Assembly (NCBI GenBank): GCA_964511405.1
Contig: CAZEFK010000002.1
Location: 14,172 to 78,171 of the forward strand
Direction of reading: 5' to 3'
Origin: an uncultured Comamonadaceae bacterium
Lineage (GTDB): Bacteria; Pseudomonadota; Alphaproteobacteria; Elsterales; Elsteraceae
Length of the DNA stretch: 64,000 nt
Shown: in pieces, positions 19,299-28,819 of the stretch
Numbering within the stretch: position 1 is the first letter of the stretch
How the letters are laid out: the number at the start of each line of letters is the position of its first letter
Notes under the pieces: generated by a model
What the model was told of the DNA's origin: nothing
Databases searched by the model: none
The model's input: only the letters and a program-made list of their open reading frames with translations
Program-made: the position numbers and the translations under genes

Positions 19299-21305
19299 AT
19301 GCGCAGGGTCGGATTTGGCATCCAGGGCCGTATCTATTCGGGCTTCGGCCTGACCGTGCTGCTGAGCCTGGGGCTGGCAATGCTTGGCGCCGCGCAGCTG
19401 CGCTCGATCGCCGGCCAGATCGGGACCTACAGCCGGTCGGCCGACAGCGACGCGGCGATCCTCGAGATCGAGGCCGGCCTCGAGCGCATGAACGGCGCAG
19501 CCCTGCACTATCGGGCCTCCGGCGACGAACAGAGCCTGAAGGACTACGCCGCCGCGGAGACGAGCGTGCGCGACGGCATCGCCGGCAGCCGCGGGACCAT
19601 GGCCGCCGACCGGCGCGAGACCCTTGATGCGATCACCGCCGGCCTCGATGCCTATCGCGGCAAGCTCGACGGCCTGGCCACCCTCACCCGCCAGATCCAG
19701 GCCGACCGCGCCAAGCTGGTCGGCCTGGGCGACGACCTCAACAACGCCGCCAACCGCCTGATGCGGCTGGCCAAGGTCGACGACAACGCCGAGATCGTCG
19801 ACGCCACCCAGCGCCTCGGCGAGTTCGTGCTGACCATCCGCCTGATCACCTGGCGCTTCCTGGCCACCACCGATCCCAAGGGACCGTCCCAGTACGAGGC
19901 CGCCCAGGGCCGCGTCGACGCCGCGCTCGCCGATTTCGACGCCGGTGACCAGGCCGAGACCTACAAGCCGCACATCGAGCGCCTGAAGGCCGCGCTGGCG
20001 GCCAACAGCGCCAGCTTCACCGCGCTGGCCGACGCGATCCTGAAGGTCGACGCCCTCTACCGGACCGAGATGGCGCCGGCCATGGCCGCCCTGATCGAGC
20101 GCGCCCGCAACGACGCGGCCGTCCTGAGCGGCCAGCTGACCGAGACCCGCAGCCAGACCGAAACGGTGATCGGCCGCACCATCTCCGGCCAGATCGTCAT
20201 TGCCGCGCTGATCCTGGTCACCGCCGCGGCCGCCGGGCTGGGGATCGGCCGCAGCATCGCCCGCCCGATCATCGGCATGACCGGCGCCATGACCCGCCTG
20301 GCCGATGGTGATACCGCCGTCACGGTGCCCGCGCGCGACCGCCGCGACCAGCTGGGCGCCATGGCCCGGGCGGTCGAGGTGTTCCGGCGCAACGCCGTCG
20401 AGAAGCTGGCGCTGGAGCAGGAGCGCGCGGCCCTGGATCAGCAGGCGGCCGAGGCGCGGCAGCGCGAGCTGTTGAGCCTGGCCGCGACCTTCGAGGCCGA
20501 GGTCCAGGGCATCGTCGACACGGTGTCGAGCGGCTCGACCGACGTCGAGACCGCGGCGCGCACCCTGGTCGACGCCGTCGGCGGCACCCGCCGCCAGGCC
20601 CACGACGTGGCCGACGCCGCCAACCTGGCCTCGGCCAGCGTCCAGGCCGCCGCCGGGGCCGCCGACCAACTGGCCGCCTCGATCACCGAGATCAGCCGCA
20701 GCGTCACCCGCGCCTCCGATGTCGCGCGCACCGCGACGGGTGCAGCCACCGAGGCCGACGGCACCATGCGCAGCCTGACCGACGCCGCCCAGCGGATCGG
20801 CGACGTCGTCTCGCTGATCAGCACCATCGCCCGCCAGACCCATCTGCTGGCGCTCAACGCCACCATCGAGGCCGCGCGCGCCGGCGACGCCGGCAAGGGC
20901 TTCGCCGTGGTCGCCCACGAAGTCAAGCAGTTGGCCGACCAGACCGCGCGGGCGACCGAGGACATCGAGCACCAGATCGGCGCCATGCAGTCGGTCAGCG
21001 GCCAGGCCGTCGACAGCATCCGCCACATCGGCCGCATCATCCACGAGTTGGACGGCATCGCGACGGGCGTCGCCGCCTCGATCGAAGAGCAGCGCGCCGC
21101 CACCGCCGAGATCGCCCGCAATGTCCAGCAGGCGGCCCAGGGCACCCAGGCGGTGACCGTGACCATCGGCGACGTCGGCGCGTCAGCCCGGGTTGCCGAC
21201 GAGTCCGCCGGGCGCCTACTCTCGGTCGCCGGCACCTTGACCGAGCAGGCCGATGCCCTGCAAGGCGGGGTCGGACGCTTTCTGACGCGGGTGCGCGCCG
21301 GCTGA
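19299..21305 (+). CDS. Methyl-accepting chemotaxis protein (helical sensor domain, HAMP, MA domain)
   Basis: 668 aa with GGGAGGA RBS. Signalling hairpin [40 protein letters not shown]. Confidence 0.9.
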   Translation: MRRVGFGIQGRIYSGFGLTVLLSLGLAMLGAAQLRSIAGQIGTYSRSADSDAAILEIEAGLERMNGAALHYRASGDEQSLKDYAAAETSVRDGIAGSRGTMAADRRETLDAITAGLDAYRGKLDGLATLTRQIQADRAKLVGLGDDLNNAANRLMRLAKVDDNAEIVDATQRLGEFVLTIRLITWRFLATTDPKGPSQYEAAQGRVDAALADFDAGDQAETYKPHIERLKAALAANSASFTALADAILKVDALYRTEMAPAMAALIERARNDAAVLSGQLTETRSQTETVIGRTISGQIVIAALILVTAAAAGLGIGRSIARPIIGMTGAMTRLADGDTAVTVPARDRRDQLGAMARAVEVFRRNAVEKLALEQERAALDQQAAEARQRELLSLAATFEAEVQGIVDTVSSGSTDVETAARTLVDAVGGTRRQAHDVADAANLASASVQAAAGAADQLAASITEISRSVTRASDVARTATGAATEADGTMRSLTDAAQRIGDVVSLISTIARQTHLLALNATIEAARAGDAGKGFAVVAHEVKQLADQTARATEDIEHQIGAMQSVSGQAVDSIRHIGRIIHELDGIATGVAASIEEQRAATAEIARNVQQAAQGTQAVTVTIGDVGASARVADESAGRLLSVAGTLTEQADALQGGVGRFLTRVRAG

Positions 21306-21359
21306 GGTCTCGCCGGCTGGGGGCTTGCCGGCGGACCGTCGGCGGTCTTACTTCGACCG

Positions 21360-22517
21360 ATGTCCGCACCCGACATCTCGATCCTGCTGCCCACGCGCGG
21401 GCGGCCCGAAACCTTCGGCGCCGCCCTGGCGACCGCCCTGGCCCAGGACCATTCGGCCATCGAGGTGGTGGTCCAGAACAACGGTGCCGACCCCGCGACC
21501 CGGGCCCTGGTCGAGGCCGCCCGCGACCCGCGCATCGCCTATGACGAGACCCCGGCGGTGCTGTCCATGACCGACAATTGGGAGCGGGCCCTGCGCCGCG
21601 CCCGCGGTCGCTGGGTCACGGTGCTGGGCGACGACGACGGCCTGATGGCCGACGCCTGCCGGATCGTCTACGGCCTTGCCGCCGCCGACCCGGAGCTGGC
21701 GGTGATAAGCTGGGCGCCGGCCGACTATGGCTGGGACAGCGACCGCTCGCACCTGCGCAACCGCCTCGCGGTCAAGAACGTGCTGGACGCCGACCGCCGC
21801 GAGATGACGGCCACGGCTGACCTGTTCGACCGGGCCCTGGACCTGACCCTGTCGTTCCTCGACCTGCCGATGGCCTACAACGGCTTCGTCGCCGCCCGGC
21901 TGATCCGGACGGCGCAGTCGCGCTGGGGCCGCTATTTCGGCTCGGTGCTGCCCGACGTCCATTCGGGCCTGGTCAACCTGCTGCTCGCCGATCGCTATCT
22001 GCGCCTCCACCGGCCGCTGTCGGTGCGCGGCACCTCCGGCCAGAGCGTCGGCGCCGCCTTCACCCGCCATGCCGAAGGGGCAGCCCGGCGCGCCGCGTTC
22101 GAAGCCGAGAGCGGCGGCGGCGCCCTGTGGCAGCCCGGACTGTTCCCCAGCGCCAACCTGGCCATGGTGATCGCCAACTCGCTGATGGGCAGCGTGCGGA
22201 TTTTGCGGCCGGAGGTCGGTCCCGGGCGGGTCGATCCGGCCCGGGTGCTGGCCCTGATGGCCGCCACCATCGGCCATGCGCCCGACGGCTACGACGCGAC
22301 CCTGGCGGACGCCCGCCGCCTGGCCGAGATGCATGGGCTGACGGTCGACTGGAGCCAGATCCCGCCGCGGCCGCCGCCCCTGCCCCCCGCCGCCCCCGGC
22401 CTGTGGCGGGCCGGTGACGTGTCGGTGCTGGTGGTCGACTGCGCACAGCAGGGCATCCGCACCGTCGCCGACGCCGTGGCCTATGCCGCACGGGTGCTGC
22501 CGGAATGGCGCGGCTGA
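21360..22517 (+). CDS. GT-A fold (GT2-like) glycosyltransferase-like protein, paralog C
   Basis: 385 aa. ISILLPTRGRPETF...VVVQNNGAD...LGDDDGL. Shares the whole architecture, including the C-terminal ...DCAQQGIRTVADAVAYAARVLPEWRG, with the genes at 27621-29980. Confidence 0.7.
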   Translation: MSAPDISILLPTRGRPETFGAALATALAQDHSAIEVVVQNNGADPATRALVEAARDPRIAYDETPAVLSMTDNWERALRRARGRWVTVLGDDDGLMADACRIVYGLAAADPELAVISWAPADYGWDSDRSHLRNRLAVKNVLDADRREMTATADLFDRALDLTLSFLDLPMAYNGFVAARLIRTAQSRWGRYFGSVLPDVHSGLVNLLLADRYLRLHRPLSVRGTSGQSVGAAFTRHAEGAARRAAFEAESGGGALWQPGLFPSANLAMVIANSLMGSVRILRPEVGPGRVDPARVLALMAATIGHAPDGYDATLADARRLAEMHGLTVDWSQIPPRPPPLPPAAPGLWRAGDVSVLVVDCAQQGIRTVADAVAYAARVLPEWRG

Positions 22518-22542
22518 CCGGAGCAGCCTTGTCAGGCGCCCA

Positions 22543-22562
22543 ATGTTCCTGTTATGTTCCTG
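22543..22562 (+). promoter_or_regulatory. Direct repeat ATGTTCCTG-tt-ATGTTCCTG (11-bp phasing) inside a GTCAGG...CCTGAC inverted repeat
   Basis: Read from the sequence in a locally AT-richer gap about 30-50 nt upstream of the small ORF at 22591. Confidence 0.3.
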
Positions 22563-22590
22563 ACACCGCCATTCGCGCAGGAGCAGGTTC

Positions 22591-22800
22591 ATGCAGGCCG
22601 CAACCAGGATCGACCCCCTCCGCGAGACTCGGCGGCAGTTCGCCGAAAGCCTGAGGCCGGAGGTCTACCGCGTCGCCGTCGCCCATCGCCATCTGCTGCG
22701 CGGCCGCGATCCCGCGGCCCTGACCACGCGGCAGCTGATGGACTTCGCCGACGAGAACCCGCATCTGTTCAGTGCTCGGGGGCAGCTCGAACGCCAGTGA
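22591..22800 (+). CDS. Small hypothetical protein (69 aa)
   Basis: ATG preceded by GGAGCAGG. Third-codon positions are about 84% G/C by my count, as expected for real coding in this genome. No family recognised. Confidence 0.4.
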   Translation: MQAATRIDPLRETRRQFAESLRPEVYRVAVAHRHLLRGRDPAALTTRQLMDFADENPHLFSARGQLERQ

Positions 22801-22831
22801 CGGCACCGCCCGGCGGACCCTACCGGCATCC

Positions 22832-23785
22832 CTATCGCGACGGCCGCTGGCCGCCGCCCACGGCGATCACGGCGACGATGATGAGGCCGGTCATCACGTC
22901 GCGCACGCCGGCGCCAAAGCCGGCGTTGTTGAGCATGGCGACGACCATGAACAGGAACAGCGCGGCCCCCCACAGGCCCGGCAGATTGGCCATGCCGCCG
23001 GCAACGGAGGTGCCGCCGATCACCACCGCAGCGATCGAAGCCAGCAGGTACTCGGCGCCGACATCCAGCGACGAGCCGCCGGTGAAGCCGGCCAGCAGCG
23101 CGCCGCACAGCCCGGCCAGGCCGCCGCACAGGACGTAGGTCGCGAACCGGGTGCGGTCGACCGCCAAGCCGGCCAGCCGCGCCGCCCGCCGGTTCTGGCC
23201 GATGGCCAGGACCGAGCGCCCGTAGATCGTGCGATGCAGCGCAACCCCGGCCAGCACCGACAGCCCGGCCGCCGCGAAGGCCAGGACCGGCACGCCGCCG
23301 GCCCGCGCGACCGCGAAGTCGGCAAAGGCGGGCGGCGGCTTGATCTGCAGGCCGCGGCCATAGGAGATGCCGACCGACTGGATGATGAAGCTCGCTGACA
23401 GCGTCGCGATGATCGGCGGGATCTTGAGCAGCCGGATCAGCGCATAGTTGGCCGCGCCGATCGCCAAACCAACGGCGACCGGGGCCGCCAAGCCCAGCGC
23501 GATGCGGCTGTCGGCGCCATCCATCACCTTCATCGCCACGGCACTGGCCAGCCCGATCGTGGCCGGCACCGACAGGTCGATGTTGCCCGGCCCCAGGGTG
23601 ATCACGAACATCTGCCCGATCGCCACGATCACCGTGAACGTCGCGAAGGCGAGCGCCGTGGCCAGCAGCCCCTGGGCGCCCTGGCCGCCGGCGACCGCGA
23701 TCGCGGCACCCCACACCAGCAGGGCGCCGGCGAACGACCAGGCCCACGGACGGTCGAGCAGGAGGCGGCGCAGCATGTCCGTCAT
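22832..23785 (-). CDS. Sugar ABC transporter permease (CUT2), second of two
   Basis: 317 aa from the ATG at 23785, which overlaps the upstream permease stop (ATGA). Multi-TM with GPGNIDLSV motif. Confidence 0.85.
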   Translation of the reverse strand: MTDMLRRLLLDRPWAWSFAGALLVWGAAIAVAGGQGAQGLLATALAFATFTVIVAIGQMFVITLGPGNIDLSVPATIGLASAVAMKVMDGADSRIALGLAAPVAVGLAIGAANYALIRLLKIPPIIATLSASFIIQSVGISYGRGLQIKPPPAFADFAVARAGGVPVLAFAAAGLSVLAGVALHRTIYGRSVLAIGQNRRAARLAGLAVDRTRFATYVLCGGLAGLCGALLAGFTGGSSLDVGAEYLLASIAAVVIGGTSVAGGMANLPGLWGAALFLFMVVAMLNNAGFGAGVRDVMTGLIIVAVIAVGGGQRPSR

Positions 23786-24753
23786 GCCTCGCCTCGGTCG
23801 ATGGCAACCCGCGCCGCCAGGATCAGGATCAGGATCAGGATGACGCCCTGGGCGCCGACCTGCCATTCCGAGGGGATCCGCACCCCGGGCAGCCACGGTA
23901 CCTGGAAGAAGTTGAGCGCGACCGCCGCCAGCTGCAGGGTCAGCGCCCCGATCACGGCCCCCACCGGCGACACGCGCCCGCCCACGAACTCAGCGCCGCC
24001 CAGGATCGCCCCGGCGATCGACAGCAGCGTGTAGCCGTTGGCCATGTTGGCGTCGGCCGAGGTCGACACGCCGACCAGCGCCAGGCCGGACGCCACCCCG
24101 AACAGCCCGGCGGCCATGAACATCGCCACCCGGATCCACAGCAGCGACCAGCCGGCCCGCGCCAGCGCTTCGGGGTTGCCGCCGGCGCCGCGCAGGATGG
24201 CGCCCAACGAGGTGCGCATCAGCGCCAGATGGGCAACCACCGCCACCGCCGCCGCCGCCACGATCGGGAACGGCACCAGCGGCACCGGCAGCGCCATCAG
24301 CCCCTGCAGCCAGGCCGGCGCATGGCCGCCCGGCGTCGGCCGGACCAGGATCGCCAGCCCCAGCCAGACGAAGCCCATCCCCAGGGTCACGACGATCGAC
24401 GGCACCCGGCGCAGATGGATGATGGCGCCGACCAGGCCATAGGCGGCCACCGCCCCGGCCAGGACGGCAATCCCCAGCAGGGGCCGGCCGGGCAGCCAGG
24501 TCGCCGCGACGCAGCCGACGAACCCGACGAACGCGCCGATCGACAGGTCGAGGTCGTTGATCGTGATGACGCAGAGCTGCGCGATCGTGGCCAGCGCCAC
24601 CGGCACCGCCAGGTTGAGCATCAGGGTCAGGCCGAAATAGCTGATCGCCCGCGGATTGAGGACGTCGATGGCGACCAGCACCAGCGCCAGCGACAGGATC
24701 GGCAGCAGCGCCCGCAGCCGGCGGCGCTGGACGGGCCGGACGGTGCGGATCAT
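23782..24753 (-). CDS. Sugar ABC transporter permease (CUT2), first of two
   Basis: 323 aa from the ATG at 24753, overlapping the ATPase stop (ATGA). [11 protein letters not shown] motif. C-terminus contains (Leu-Ile) repeats. Confidence 0.85.
   Translation of the reverse strand: MIRTVRPVQRRRLRALLPILSLALVLVAIDVLNPRAISYFGLTLMLNLAVPVALATIAQLCVITINDLDLSIGAFVGFVGCVAATWLPGRPLLGIAVLAGAVAAYGLVGAIIHLRRVPSIVVTLGMGFVWLGLAILVRPTPGGHAPAWLQGLMALPVPLVPFPIVAAAAVAVVAHLALMRTSLGAILRGAGGNPEALARAGWSLLWIRVAMFMAAGLFGVASGLALVGVSTSADANMANGYTLLSIAGAILGGAEFVGGRVSPVGAVIGALTLQLAAVALNFFQVPWLPGVRIPSEWQVGAQGVILILILILAARVAIDRGEA
23818..23841. repeat. (CAGGAT)4 perfect hexanucleotide tandem repeat inside the permease gene
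   Basis: Read from the sequence. Encodes ILILILIL on the minus strand, and unit gain or loss would stay in frame. Confidence 0.8.
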
Positions 24754-26228
24754 GCGGCCGCGTCGCCCGAGGTCTCGCCCAGGGTCTCGAATGACGACTG
24801 GATCACCGCCGCCTCGGTCAGCTGGTCGCGGCCGACCTCGGCCGCGATGCGGCCATTGCGGAAGACATAGACGCGGTCGCAATAGGCCAGCTCGTCGAAC
24901 TCCGTGGTGTACCACAGGAAGGTTCGGCCGGCCGCGGCCTCGGCCTGGATCAGGGTGTAGACCTCGCGCTTGGTGCCGATGTCGACACCGCGCATCGGAT
25001 CGTCCATCAGCACGATGGCGGCGCCCGACGCGAGCGCCCGGGCGAACAGCACCTTCTGCTGGTTGCCCCCGGACAAGGACAGGATCGGCGCGTCGATGCC
25101 GTCGGCCCGGATGCCGATGCGGCGGCGCCAGGATTCGGCCAGCTCGGCCTCGCGGCCGAGCCGGATCAGCCCATGCCGGCACAGCGCCGCAAGCGCGCCG
25201 ACGCTCAAGTTCCGCGCCACCGGCCATAGCGGAAAGATGCCGTCCGACTGGCGGTCGCCCGGAACCAGCGCAACGCTGCCCGAGAGCGCGATCGCCGCGG
25301 TCGCCCGCCGCGCGGCGTCGACGACGGCGATCAGCAGATCGGTCTGGCCGTGCCCGGCCAGACCGGCCAGGCCGACCACCTCGCCGGCGCGGGCCTCGAC
25401 CGCGCGGCCATCGGGCTGCCGTGCCGGCCGCGCCGCTACCCGCAGGGGCGCGTCACCCGCGCGCGGCGCCACGGCCGCCGCGATCGCGCCGCGCATACTG
25501 CCCATGGCCTGAACCAGCTTGTCGTGGTCGAACGCGTCAGCGCGGCCGCTCGCCACTACCCGGCCGTCGCGCATCACGACGATGCGGTCGCTGGTCGACA
25601 GGATCTCGCCCAACAGATGCGAGACCAGGACCGCGCTGGCACCGGCGGCGACGCGGCGGCGCACGAAGGCCAGCAGCTGCCCGGCGGTCTGCGCATCGAG
25701 GGCCGAGGTCGGCTCGTCCAGGACGACCAGCCGCACGGGCGCGTCCGTCTCGGTGAAGGCCCGCGCGATCTCGACCATCTGACGCCGGCTGATCGGCAGG
25801 TCGGCGACCACGTCGCCCGGCTGGATGCCATGGTCGGGGAAGATCTCGTCCAGCTGGGCCTGCATCAGGCGGCCGCCACGCTGGCGCCAGCCCCGGCCGC
25901 GAATCGCCGGATGGACGACCGCCGCGTTCTCCGCGACGGTCAGATTCGGGCACAGCGACAGTTCCTGGAAGACACAGCGGATGCCCAGCCGATGGGCCTC
26001 GGCTACCGCATGGTGCCCGGCCGGCTGGCCGGCCGCCAGGATCCGGCCGCTGTCGGGGGCCAGGGTGCCGGCCAGTGCGCCGACCAGCGTCGACTTGCCG
26101 GCGCCGTTGTGGCCGACCAGGCCGACGCACTCGCCGGCGGCGATCGCCAGGTCCACGCCCTGCAGGGCGCGGATTGCCCCGAAGCTCTTGGCGATCGCCT
26201 CCAGGCGGATGAGTTCGCGGTCCGGCAC
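24750..26228 (-). CDS. Sugar ABC transporter ATP-binding protein, two fused cassettes (RbsA-like)
   Basis: 492 aa. Walker [10 protein letters not shown], second-cassette signature LSGGNQQK and Walker B VLMDDP. Confidence 0.9.
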   Translation of the reverse strand: MPDRELIRLEAIAKSFGAIRALQGVDLAIAAGECVGLVGHNGAGKSTLVGALAGTLAPDSGRILAAGQPAGHHAVAEAHRLGIRCVFQELSLCPNLTVAENAAVVHPAIRGRGWRQRGGRLMQAQLDEIFPDHGIQPGDVVADLPISRRQMVEIARAFTETDAPVRLVVLDEPTSALDAQTAGQLLAFVRRRVAAGASAVLVSHLLGEILSTSDRIVVMRDGRVVASGRADAFDHDKLVQAMGSMRGAIAAAVAPRAGDAPLRVAARPARQPDGRAVEARAGEVVGLAGLAGHGQTDLLIAVVDAARRATAAIALSGSVALVPGDRQSDGIFPLWPVARNLSVGALAALCRHGLIRLGREAELAESWRRRIGIRADGIDAPILSLSGGNQQKVLFARALASGAAIVLMDDPMRGVDIGTKREVYTLIQAEAAAGRTFLWYTTEFDELAYCDRVYVFRNGRIAAEVGRDQLTEAAVIQSSFETLGETSGDAAA

Positions 26229-26261
26229 CGCCGTCCTCCGGGATGCCAGCCCGCGCGCCGG

Positions 26262-27278
26262 CTACTTCTTGCTGTTGGCCGCGATCGCGTCGATCGCGTC
26301 CTGCTGCGTGTACTCGGTGTTGGCGACGCTGCCGACCGGCGTGGCCTTCAGCGCCTCGTCCAGATGCGCCTGATCGATGGCCAGATAGGGCACCACCATG
26401 TCATGGGGCACGGTCTTGCCGTCCAGGATCTGCTGGGCCACCCAGAACGCCAGGGTCGACACGCCGGGGGCGATCGACGCCGACCAGGTGGTGTAGCCGT
26501 TGGCGTCGTGCTGCTGCTTCCACCACTGCAGCTCGTCCTGCCGGTTGCCCATGATGATCAGCGGCGTCGGCCGGCCCGCGGCCTTGAACGCCTGGGCCGC
26601 GCCGAAGCCGTCGCCGCCCTGGTCGACAATGGCGGCGATGTCGGGCAGCGACGGCAGGACGGTCGCGACTGCCTTCTGGGCCGTCGCCTCGTCCCAGTCG
26701 CCGGTCACGCTGTTGGCGATCTTGAAGCCCGGATGCCCCTGCACGCCGGCTTGGATGCCGTCATGGATCGCGACGTCGATCGAGGTCCCGGCCAGGCCGC
26801 GGATCTCCAGCAGGTTGCCGCCCTTCGGCAGGTGCTGGGCCACGTAGTCGACCTCGGCCTGCCCCATGCCCTTGAAGTCGACGACCACGCGGTAGGCGCA
26901 GGGCTCGGTCACGATGCCGTCGAACGACACCACGACGATGCCGGCGCCGCAGGCCGCCTTGATCGCCCCGTTGAGGGCGTCGGGCGAGGCAGCATTGATC
27001 ACGATCGCGTTATAGCCCTGCAGAATCAGATTCTGGACCTGCGCCGCCTGGGTCGGCACTTCCTTGTCGGCGGTGGTGAAGACGTCCGCCGCCCCCACCA
27101 CGTGCTCGGCGACCGCCTTCTTGGTGACCTTGTCCCAGCTTTGCAGCATCGCCTGGCGCCAGGAATTGCCGGCATAGTTGTTGGAGAAGGCGATGCGTTT
27201 GCCCGATGTCTCGGCCGACGCCGTGCCGGCCACCGCCAGCACCATCGCCAGCGCCGTCGTTGCGAGTACCGCCTTCAT
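26262..27278 (-). CDS. Sugar ABC transporter substrate-binding protein (RbsB-like)
   Basis: Internal ATG at 27278 with GGAGGA RBS. Signal MKAVLATTALAMVLAVAGTASA. Confidence 0.85.
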   Translation of the reverse strand: MKAVLATTALAMVLAVAGTASAETSGKRIAFSNNYAGNSWRQAMLQSWDKVTKKAVAEHVVGAADVFTTADKEVPTQAAQVQNLILQGYNAIVINAASPDALNGAIKAACGAGIVVVSFDGIVTEPCAYRVVVDFKGMGQAEVDYVAQHLPKGGNLLEIRGLAGTSIDVAIHDGIQAGVQGHPGFKIANSVTGDWDEATAQKAVATVLPSLPDIAAIVDQGGDGFGAAQAFKAAGRPTPLIIMGNRQDELQWWKQQHDANGYTTWSASIAPGVSTLAFWVAQQILDGKTVPHDMVVPYLAIDQAHLDEALKATPVGSVANTEYTQQDAIDAIAANSKK

Positions 27279-27320
27279 GTTGGGTCCTCCCCCTCGCTGC
27301 CGGGCGAGTCGCCGCCCATT

Positions 27321-27366
27321 ATCGATATAGTTGATCCAAATCAACAGCCCTCCTGTCAACATCGAT
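27321..27366. promoter_or_regulatory. AT-rich dyad cluster (ATCGAT ... GTTGAT-ccaa-ATCAAC ... ATCGAT) upstream of the CUT2 sugar ABC operon
   Basis: Perfect 6-bp inverted arms at 27330-27345, flanked by two ATCGAT palindromes. Lies 43-88 nt upstream of the SBP start. Confidence 0.35.
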
Positions 27367-27620
27367 GCTCACGGCTCGAGCCTGGCCAACACGTCGAAGC
27401 GGGTCATCTTCAGCATGGCGGCACCGTCGCCGCGGATGACGAACTCGGCCTCGCGGCGCACGGCCGAGTTGCGGCTCGAAATGATCCGATGCGGCCGCCG
27501 GGGTGAAGCAGGATCGGTCACGCGCTGGCCCTGTCCTTGTGATCGCCCGCCGAACGGACTGTTTGCTCCCTTACTGCCCTCCGGTTACGGCCACGTGACG
27601 AGGCCCGCCGCAGCGGTCGG

Positions 27621-28790
27621 TCAGCGCCAGTTCGGAAACAGGCCGCTGACCAGGGCGCAAGCGTCGGCGATGGTGCCGATCCGGGCCCGGGCGCAATCGA
27701 TCACGAGCATCGTGTGATCCCACGGCATCCGATGGAACCCTGGCGTCGAGCGCAAGGGCGGCGTCGGCGCGGCCGGAACGGTCGACCAATCGACCGGCAG
27801 CTGGTGCAGTTCCGCCAGCCGCCGGAGGTCGGCCAGGCGCGCCGCGAAACCGGCAGGATCGGACGGCAGGGCGCCGATCATGGCGCGGGCCAAGCCGTGG
27901 AAATCCAGTTGCGGCCCGCTCACGCCCGGGAACAATCGCGCCTTGGACGCCAGCAAGGCATTGGCGATCACCATCTCCAGCGTCCAGGACGGGAACAGGC
28001 CGGGCTGCCAGCGCGCCTCCTCGCCGCCGGTGTCCGCCGCCGCATTGTCGGCCTCGAATTCGCCGCGGCGATGACGCCCGGCCTCGTACTGACCGTAGGC
28101 CGAGCCGATGGAATGGCCTGATACGCCGCGCACCCCCAGCGGACGCGTCAGGTGCAGAAACATCGGCGCCATGCACAGATTGACGATCGCCGAGTGGACA
28201 TCCGGAAGGTCGGTATCGAAATACCGGCCATATAATGCCCGCGCGCGACGAATTAGAGATATATGAGTAAATGCACAATAAATTGTCGGTGCGGTCAGCA
28301 GCTGTCTTTCGTACTTATAAATATCCCCTATGAGCTCTACGGAATTTATTAAATAGCCAATATCGGTCTTATCGACATTGGGTACACATAGAAGATCGCG
28401 AATGCTGGGTTGGGCGGTAGGCCAGCCGTAGTCAGGAATGTTCCACTTGATCACGGTGAGGCCAGCCATGGACGTCGCCACATGCCGGACATAGGAGCAC
28501 GCATCGGGCAACAGCCCGTCGTCATCGCCGAGATAGGTCACCCAGTCGCCGCTGGCCTGGTTCAGCGCCCGCTCCCAGTTCGCCGTCATGGGCAGGACCT
28601 CGGCCGTCTCATCATAGACGATCCGAGGGTCCGCCGCGGCGTCCACGATCGCCCGGGTCTCGGGGTCGGCGCCGTTGTTCTGGACCACGATCTCGACCCC
28701 GGGATCGTCCTGCCACAGCGCGGTGGCCAGGGCATGCCGGAAGGTGTCGGGGCGCCGCTTGGTCGGCAGGACGATGGTGAAGTCGGCCAT
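27621..28790 (-). CDS. GT-A fold (GT2-like) glycosyltransferase-like protein, tandem paralog A
   Basis: 389 aa from the internal ATG at 28790 (MADFTIVLPTKRRPDTF...VVQNNGAD...LGDDDGL...DCARARIGTIADACALVSGLFPNWR). The upstream 192 aa of the track ORF are artefact. Confidence 0.75.
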   Translation of the reverse strand: MADFTIVLPTKRRPDTFRHALATALWQDDPGVEIVVQNNGADPETRAIVDAAADPRIVYDETAEVLPMTANWERALNQASGDWVTYLGDDDGLLPDACSYVRHVATSMAGLTVIKWNIPDYGWPTAQPSIRDLLCVPNVDKTDIGYLINSVELIGDIYKYERQLLTAPTIYCAFTHISLIRRARALYGRYFDTDLPDVHSAIVNLCMAPMFLHLTRPLGVRGVSGHSIGSAYGQYEAGRHRRGEFEADNAAADTGGEEARWQPGLFPSWTLEMVIANALLASKARLFPGVSGPQLDFHGLARAMIGALPSDPAGFAARLADLRRLAELHQLPVDWSTVPAAPTPPLRSTPGFHRMPWDHTMLVIDCARARIGTIADACALVSGLFPNWR

Positions 28791-28792
28791 GG
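28561..28792. repeat. 232-nt near-identical tract (5' end of paralog A), copy 1
   Basis: Differs at 5 positions from 29751-29982 by my alignment, with a 157-nt perfect run at 28612-28768. Flanking coding sequence is clearly more diverged. Confidence 0.85.
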
Positions 28793-28819
28793 CCTCAGGG
28801 TGTTGCGATCGGCCGCGAC

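Noticed and set aside
19140-21044. 634-aa - strand ORF
   Set aside because: Antisense shadow of the second MCP gene, with no motifs.
27369-27521. 50-codon GTG ORF on the minus strand upstream of the sugar ABC operon
   Set aside because: It is too short, has no recognisable family and no convincing RBS. I mention it inside a finding but do not call it as a feature.
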